DNA of 64,000 nucleotides from an uncultured Nitrososphaerales archaeon. Its GTDB lineage: Archaea; Thermoproteota; Nitrososphaeria; Nitrososphaerales; Nitrososphaeraceae. The notes under the pieces were generated by a model. The model did not search any database. It had not been told where the DNA came from and saw only the letters and a list, made by a program, of their open reading frames with translations. Shown here in pieces: positions 59,153 through 64,000 of the stretch. The stretch's first letter is position 1; each line of letters starts with the position of its first letter. The translations under genes and the position numbers were made by a program. The stretch spans positions 832,001 to 896,000 of the forward strand of contig CAVQMO010000001.1 in the NCBI GenBank assembly GCA_963713605.1, in the 5' to 3' direction.

Positions 59153-60274
59153 TTACCTGGACTTGCCTAACACACTCTTGACGTCCTTGAATTTTTCGTT
59201 AAGCTTTTTCATCCTTGCTTCATAACCTTTGTTATACTCAAGCTCATCAGGAACTAATGTAGCCGGGTGAATAAATCCTTGGTTACGCATCACCATAGCG
59301 CGCTCAGCTGCCCACATTCTTTGTAATTCCCAATCAGCTGTACCGAATCCATCGTGGGGACCGACAAATTTACCATTGCGCATACTAAATACAAGGCATG
59401 ACACTATTGGTAATGAATAGTTGATTGAAGCTGATGAATTCAGTTTAACGGGCATTAACGGCATGTGATGACTACCTCTGGTGTCTCCAGCAACAAAGTG
59501 TGGGTTATTGAAAGCGCTTCCGACCTCTTCGGTGGCAGGAAAATCCTTTTGGGTACGAACTATCATAATCGGATCGTCTTTACCTACGTATGTCCCAGCT
59601 ATATTGTGTAACCTATCTGTGGATGCAGAAACGATTACTTCGCCATCTTCTTCTTCTGAAGAGACTATTGAGTGAACTACGAATCTTCCGGGATACATGA
59701 GGGCCGCTTCCAACTCTGCCTTGTCCCCCCACATCTTGAGGCTTGCCAATTTTCCCGACATTACGTCCATAATTCTGAAGGTGACACCAGCGGCGAGTTT
59801 TTCGTTTATCAACAACCCAGTGTTACTTCCAGCATCTACAAAGGCGCGCCACAATGGGAAGTTAAATGCTCCTGGTTCTGTCTTGTCTGCAGCGTATATA
59901 CTGAAAACCTCACTTGGCCTTTCTTCCATCTCAATTTCTGCTACACCAGGGCCCATGCCTTTGACATTGCCTGAAAAAGCATCCTTGAGGAGATCCTGAC
60001 CTGCCCCGTACAATCCTTGTTCCTTTGCTACCTTGGTACCGGTGGTAAAGGCGTCCCACGCAAGTTTATGAATCTTCTCGTTTTCCATACCGTGCGTGTG
60101 ACTCATAATGATATGAATATCGTCACCTGTGTAGCCGATGTACAAATCAATTAGTAGGTTTTTTGAATTTTTCCTTACAAATTCCTTAACCGAATTTAAA
60201 AGTTCATCACTTGGCCTGGTATGACCTCCAATCGCGCCGATATCTGCCTTTATAGCTGATACAGTTACTTTCAT
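59153..60274 (-). CDS. fbp: Bifunctional fructose-1,6-bisphosphate aldolase/phosphatase
   Basis: IKADIG..GH, GLYGAGQDLL, ADKTEPGAFN, YVGKDDP and RGSHHMPLMP. Confidence 0.96.
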   Translation of the reverse strand: MKVTVSAIKADIGAIGGHTRPSDELLNSVKEFVRKNSKNLLIDLYIGYTGDDIHIIMSHTHGMENEKIHKLAWDAFTTGTKVAKEQGLYGAGQDLLKDAFSGNVKGMGPGVAEIEMEERPSEVFSIYAADKTEPGAFNFPLWRAFVDAGSNTGLLINEKLAAGVTFRIMDVMSGKLASLKMWGDKAELEAALMYPGRFVVHSIVSSEEEDGEVIVSASTDRLHNIAGTYVGKDDPIMIVRTQKDFPATEEVGSAFNNPHFVAGDTRGSHHMPLMPVKLNSSASINYSLPIVSCLVFSMRNGKFVGPHDGFGTADWELQRMWAAERAMVMRNQGFIHPATLVPDELEYNKGYEARMKKLNEKFKDVKSVLGKSR

Positions 60275-60362
60275 TAATTTTCCCTAGCCTATTTCGCCCC
60301 GTGCATCATAAATCCTTTCCGATGGGATCTCTTCACTTTCGATATCAGGCATTGATTCTCAG

Positions 60363-60416
60363 GTAGCATGCCATCACACCACACCACTCAAGTAGCATGC
60401 CATAACACCCCACCAC
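60363..60416. repeat. Two-copy 25-bp imperfect direct repeat upstream of fbp
   Basis: GTAGCATGCCATCACACCACACCAC (60363-60387) and GTAGCATGCCATAACACCCCACCAC (60392-60416); 23/25 identical. Confidence 0.85.
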
Positions 60417-60494
60417 CGAAATAGGCGAAGCACACTTAGACCTATGCTTAAAGGCAGACTAACTTTGTGCACCCGCCCTGAAATTGGACATCAA

Positions 60495-60797
60495 TTACCT
60501 AGAATTCACAAAATAATTGTATCTCTTTTCAACTTCCTTGTTGTTGCCTCCAAGAACCAGCTCAGTTTCTTTTTGCAACATCTTCCGAACATGCGCCTTG
60601 AATTTTTCACTTTCCGAGGAATTGGGAAAAGTGGCTAATGTATGCTCGAAGTGGTTCATGAATTCGACTACTTTATTGCAAAATTCATCTCTGGTTGGAT
60701 TCAAACAGCCTTCTATCTTGAACCAGCTTGTAGCGCAGGAACATGAATACAGTTTTGCTAGGTCCTCGATCAGCCTATCAATTTCAAAGTAATCCAA
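60495..60797 (-). CDS. Hypothetical protein
   Basis: 100-aa helical ORF with normal coding composition (LAKLYSCSCATSWF...VEKRYNYFV). Confidence 0.7.
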   Translation of the reverse strand: MDYFEIDRLIEDLAKLYSCSCATSWFKIEGCLNPTRDEFCNKVVEFMNHFEHTLATFPNSSESEKFKAHVRKMLQKETELVLGGNNKEVEKRYNYFVNSR

Positions 60798-61124
60798 CTT
60801 GGATATTTTGGCAGATAGGAAATAAGTCTGTTACTCGCCCACGTTGAAAATATGTGAGACTTTACCTTTTTCTGCAATGTCCTCTTGAAAAGTAGAGTGA
60901 GCATATCAAGAATGGTAATGATTTTTGCGGTCATTTATTCTAGTAAGAGATTATGCTCACAACTGTCACACCGCAACAGCAATCGTTAAGCGTTTTACAT
61001 GTTTGATGTATTACAAATTCGCAGTAACTTGCTGTATAATTCAAAGTCTACCCAAACTTCGCACTATATCTATTACAGAGTGACGGCTGAGATTCATAAT
61101 TTGCCATTTGTACTATTTAATAGC

Positions 61125-61598
61125 ATGTCGTTTATGTTGCTGATATTATGCCTCATCGCCTATGCTGTTCACTCAGGTCTTCAAGACGCTCTCAGCAAAT
61201 CTGGCCAATCAACTCTCAACGGGAGTCTGGATATAATGCCGAGTAAGAGTTCCGCATAATCTCTACATGAAGAAATTACTGAACCACTGGGCTTTGATAA
61301 GATGACCGATATATTTGGTCAATCATTTTCAGAACCTACTAATTTTCCACAGGTTGCCCACAGTATAAATAATTTGACATATGTTTTATGGGCAAAACCA
61401 GTTGAAAACGGAGACCTGAATAAGTTAACTTTTCTTAGAAGCACAAATGATGGAGAAAGATTTGACGACCCAATAAACGTGATTTCGGAAAATGCTGATT
61501 TATTTAGGTTAGCCCCTCCTCAGACAGATATTAAAGTGGGGCATCACACTTTAAAGACCAAAAAAGAGAAAACCCAGTTATACGATATAGAGGTATGA
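61125..61598 (+). pseudogene. Truncated exported Asp-box (BNR/sialidase-like) protein fragment
   Basis: Signal-like MSFMLLILCLIAYAV in one ORF, then YVLW..FLRSTNDGERFDDPINV (a single Asp-box) in the next ORF, which ends abruptly. Confidence 0.5.
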
Positions 61599-61604
61599 AA
61601 GAAA

Positions 61605-61908
61605 GTGAAGATTAACTTAGAAAGAAGTGGGGGTATCATGGGTTCTGTTTCCTCCCATACTATTGACACTGACAAGCTTACAAAGTCACAAGCCACCGAG
61701 CTCGAGAAACTTCTCACACATTCAAATTTCTTCAAACTATCCTCTCTGAGATCAAGTCCGACTAGTCCTAAGGGCGCTACCTGATTATTACACGTATAAT
61801 ATTACGGTAGAAAATGCAGGCAAGAAACATTCAGTGAAGTGCACTGATCTTGCAATGCCTAAAGAATTGAAGCAATTGATTAACTCCTTATCTAAGGTAA
61901 AGAAATAA
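61605..61908 (+). CDS. Emfourin (protealysin inhibitor, M4in) family protein (frameshift near 61780)
   Basis: Own translation: (M)KINLERSGGIMG..TIDTDKL..LEKLL..NFFKL..KGA / DYYTYNITVE..KHSVKCTDLAMPKELKQLI. The RSGG.G and D.f.Y.ITV pattern is characteristic of emfourin. Confidence 0.8.
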
Positions 61909-62278
61909 GTCTCTCTAAGCTTTCATGAGTATTCGTCTCGTCGAATAGTCATGAGTCCAGATCGTATATGTGATGAATACTGCCCTGAATTTCACTTAAT
62001 TGTGCAGTCTGTTCTCGTGCACACGACTGCCCATCCTCAGAAGTGACTTAGTGGATTACTTACTTCTAGAAAGTCTGTCTGACTTTTGGAACAAAACAAT
62101 ACAGCATTTCAATTAAGAACCACAAAATGTGTTTCGGCTATGAGTAATCTACCAGTGGAAAAACCGTTGTATGCTGGGTTGGTATAATGCGTCAAAATAA
62201 GTAAATTTACTAGCAAGAGATTAATCCTAGATTAATTGAGAACAGAAATGGTAATATACTTAACCTCTATTCCGTTAA

Positions 62279-63388
62279 TTGGACATGCATTTCCATAAAA
62301 AAGGAATTTTATCCTGTAAAGGTCACAGCAATATTTGTTTCATACTGCCAGAATTTGTCAACAAGCGGATAGTTGAAAAGGGTTCAGAAGAACAGAAGCG
62401 TAGAGCGTGGCAGAATCTTATCGTAACAGAACAACTGAGGGGAAGAAGAAGTATTGTAGGTGGCTTGTACACCATGTTCCCTTCGTCTAATACGCTTTAT
62501 AGAAGCATCTTTAATGCAAAGAACGGAGAGAATCTTCCAGGCGATCTCGTCAGGGGAGAAGGGGGTAAAAAAAAAGGTGGCACTGCAATTGATGAGGCAT
62601 ATGACTACTCGGGGGACACTTACGAATTCTTTTCCAAGATCTTTGAAAGAAAATCCATTGACAATAAGGGCATGAGGCTTGATTCCACAGTTCATTATGG
62701 GGAAAATTATAACAACGCCTTTTGGAACGGCAATCAAATGGTTTATGGTGACGGTGATGGGGAAATGTTTAACCGCTTTACGATCTCCCTTGATGTAATA
62801 GGACATGAACTGGCACATGGCATAACGCAATACGAAGCAGCTCTTGAATACCAGGGGCAACCAGGCGCATTGAATGAAAGACTTCTCTGACGTCCTAGGC
62901 TCTTTGGTAAAGCAGCATACACTGAAGCAAAGTGTTGACAAGGCTGATTGGCTGATTGGAGCTGGTCTCTTTAAGAAAAAAGTAAAGGGAGAAGCACTTC
63001 GTTCAATGAAAGAACCAGGAAGCGCATATGACGATCCTGTTATTGGAAAGGATCCACAACCAGGACATATGAAGGACTATGTAGAAACCTCAAGTGATAA
63101 CGGAGGGGTGCATATAAACTCCGGAATACCAAACCGTGCCTTTTATTTGACTGCAGTTGAACTCGGTGGAAAAGCATGGGAGAGAGCAGGAATGATTTGG
63201 TACGTTACTCTTAGAGATCGCCTTAGAGAGAACTCTTCATTTCAGGATGCTGCCGGATCTAACATACAGCGTTGCGGGAAATTTGTTCGGTAACGGTGGC
63301 CCTGAACAAAAAGACTGTAGCTAACGGCTGGGGAGATGTGGGAATACAAATAAAGTCAGCGAAAGGATCAGCTAAGAAGCGGAGATAA
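62279..63388 (+). CDS. Protealysin-like M4 (thermolysin-family) metalloprotease (frameshifts near 62880, 63255 and 63310)
   Basis: Short propeptide ICFILPEFVNKRI; YNNAFWNG, VIGHELAHG (HExxH), GALNE..SD and DNGGVHINSGIPNRAFY. Confidence 0.92.
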
Positions 63389-63694
63389 TTCTCTTTTCTG
63401 TTTCAGATAAGAATGGTAGTGATGCTAACGGAGACTGCTCAGTTTCAGTACAAATTTTAAGCAATATGATGGGCGAGAACAGTCTGAATCCCCATCCTCT
63501 TCTGTTCGGTATAAGTAATAAGAGAGCTGAGAATAATTTGAGAATGCAATCTCGCGTGATGAAAGTTTTGATATAATAACGCCATATCTAGATGGATAGG
63601 TGGGATTTGTCACAGACATTGGCAGAGGAGAGACCAAAAGATAAGAAATGCTAGAATTTGAAAGGAAGTTGGTCACCAAATTGGAAGAGTTCAT

Positions 63695-64000
63695 TCATTT
63701 ATAAAACAGAATCCGAAGATATCCCGAGATAATCAGGCCCCAACTTATTATAAAAAGCCAGTAATAAATACCGAGGTTAAAGCTATTGGCAGCAATGAAT
63801 AGGTCGTCCTCGCGTATATCCGGATTATCTAATGTAATAATACCATTTACTAAAAGAGAGGATGCGATGAACAATAAGAAAGGAACGAAGAATAAGATGA
63901 GCTGGACTGGCTGCTTCCTCTTGGGAATAATCGGGTCTATCCATAATGATGAAAGGAAAGTAACATGACGGTCTATTCTTGTAATACCTCTCGGGTCCTT
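63695..64000 (-). CDS. C-terminus of a membrane protein (starts beyond the window end)
   Basis: Open frame from the window edge to TGA at 63695 with two hydrophobic helices (QLILFFVPFLLFIASSLLV; GIYYWLFIISWGLIISGYL). Confidence 0.55.
   Translation of the reverse strand, partial: KDPRGITRIDRHVTFLSSLWIDPIIPKRKQPVQLILFFVPFLLFIASSLLVNGIITLDNPDIREDDLFIAANSFNLGIYYWLFIISWGLIISGYLRILFYK

Noticed and set aside
60363..60416. Possible mini-CRISPR array
   Set aside because: Only two copies separated by 4 bp, with no spacer-length unique sequence and no cas genes.

Overview
Chromosomal segment of an archaeon of the Nitrososphaerota (Thaumarchaeota), most likely the soil family Nitrososphaeraceae. This is inferred from the 16S sequence, a tRNA-less 16S-23S operon with an unlinked 5S gene, and a typical gene set. 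Most of the window is housekeeping: translation (pth2, EF-1beta, rps13/rps4, rpl39e/rpl31e, ABCE1, aspS, tRNA modification), central carbon metabolism (fumarase/aspartase family, transketolase-epimerase fusion, transaldolase, tpiA, bifunctional FBP aldolase/phosphatase, glmS), lipid and cofactor synthesis (two geranylgeranyl reductase-family genes, ctaB, hemL, sufS/iscU) and the rRNA operon. About 20 genes, including essential ones, are split by single-base frameshifts. This is best explained as uncorrected long-read indel error, so split genes are annotated as single CDSs. The most interesting parts are: (i) a four-gene operon with two different AAA+/vWA chaperone pairs; (ii) an accessory patch where a Cys-bearing HxlR-type regulator is divergent from an unannotated 41-aa CC/C/CC micropeptide across an inverted-repeat operator, with a 40-aa zinc-finger ORF nearby; (iii) an emfourin inhibitor plus protealysin-like M4 protease module next to a truncated Asp-box gene; (iv) an HTH regulator with an S-layer-like domain divergent from glmS; and (v) several small Cys-rich ORFs missed by the ORF track. 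No CRISPR array, tRNA gene, transposase or integrase was recognised.
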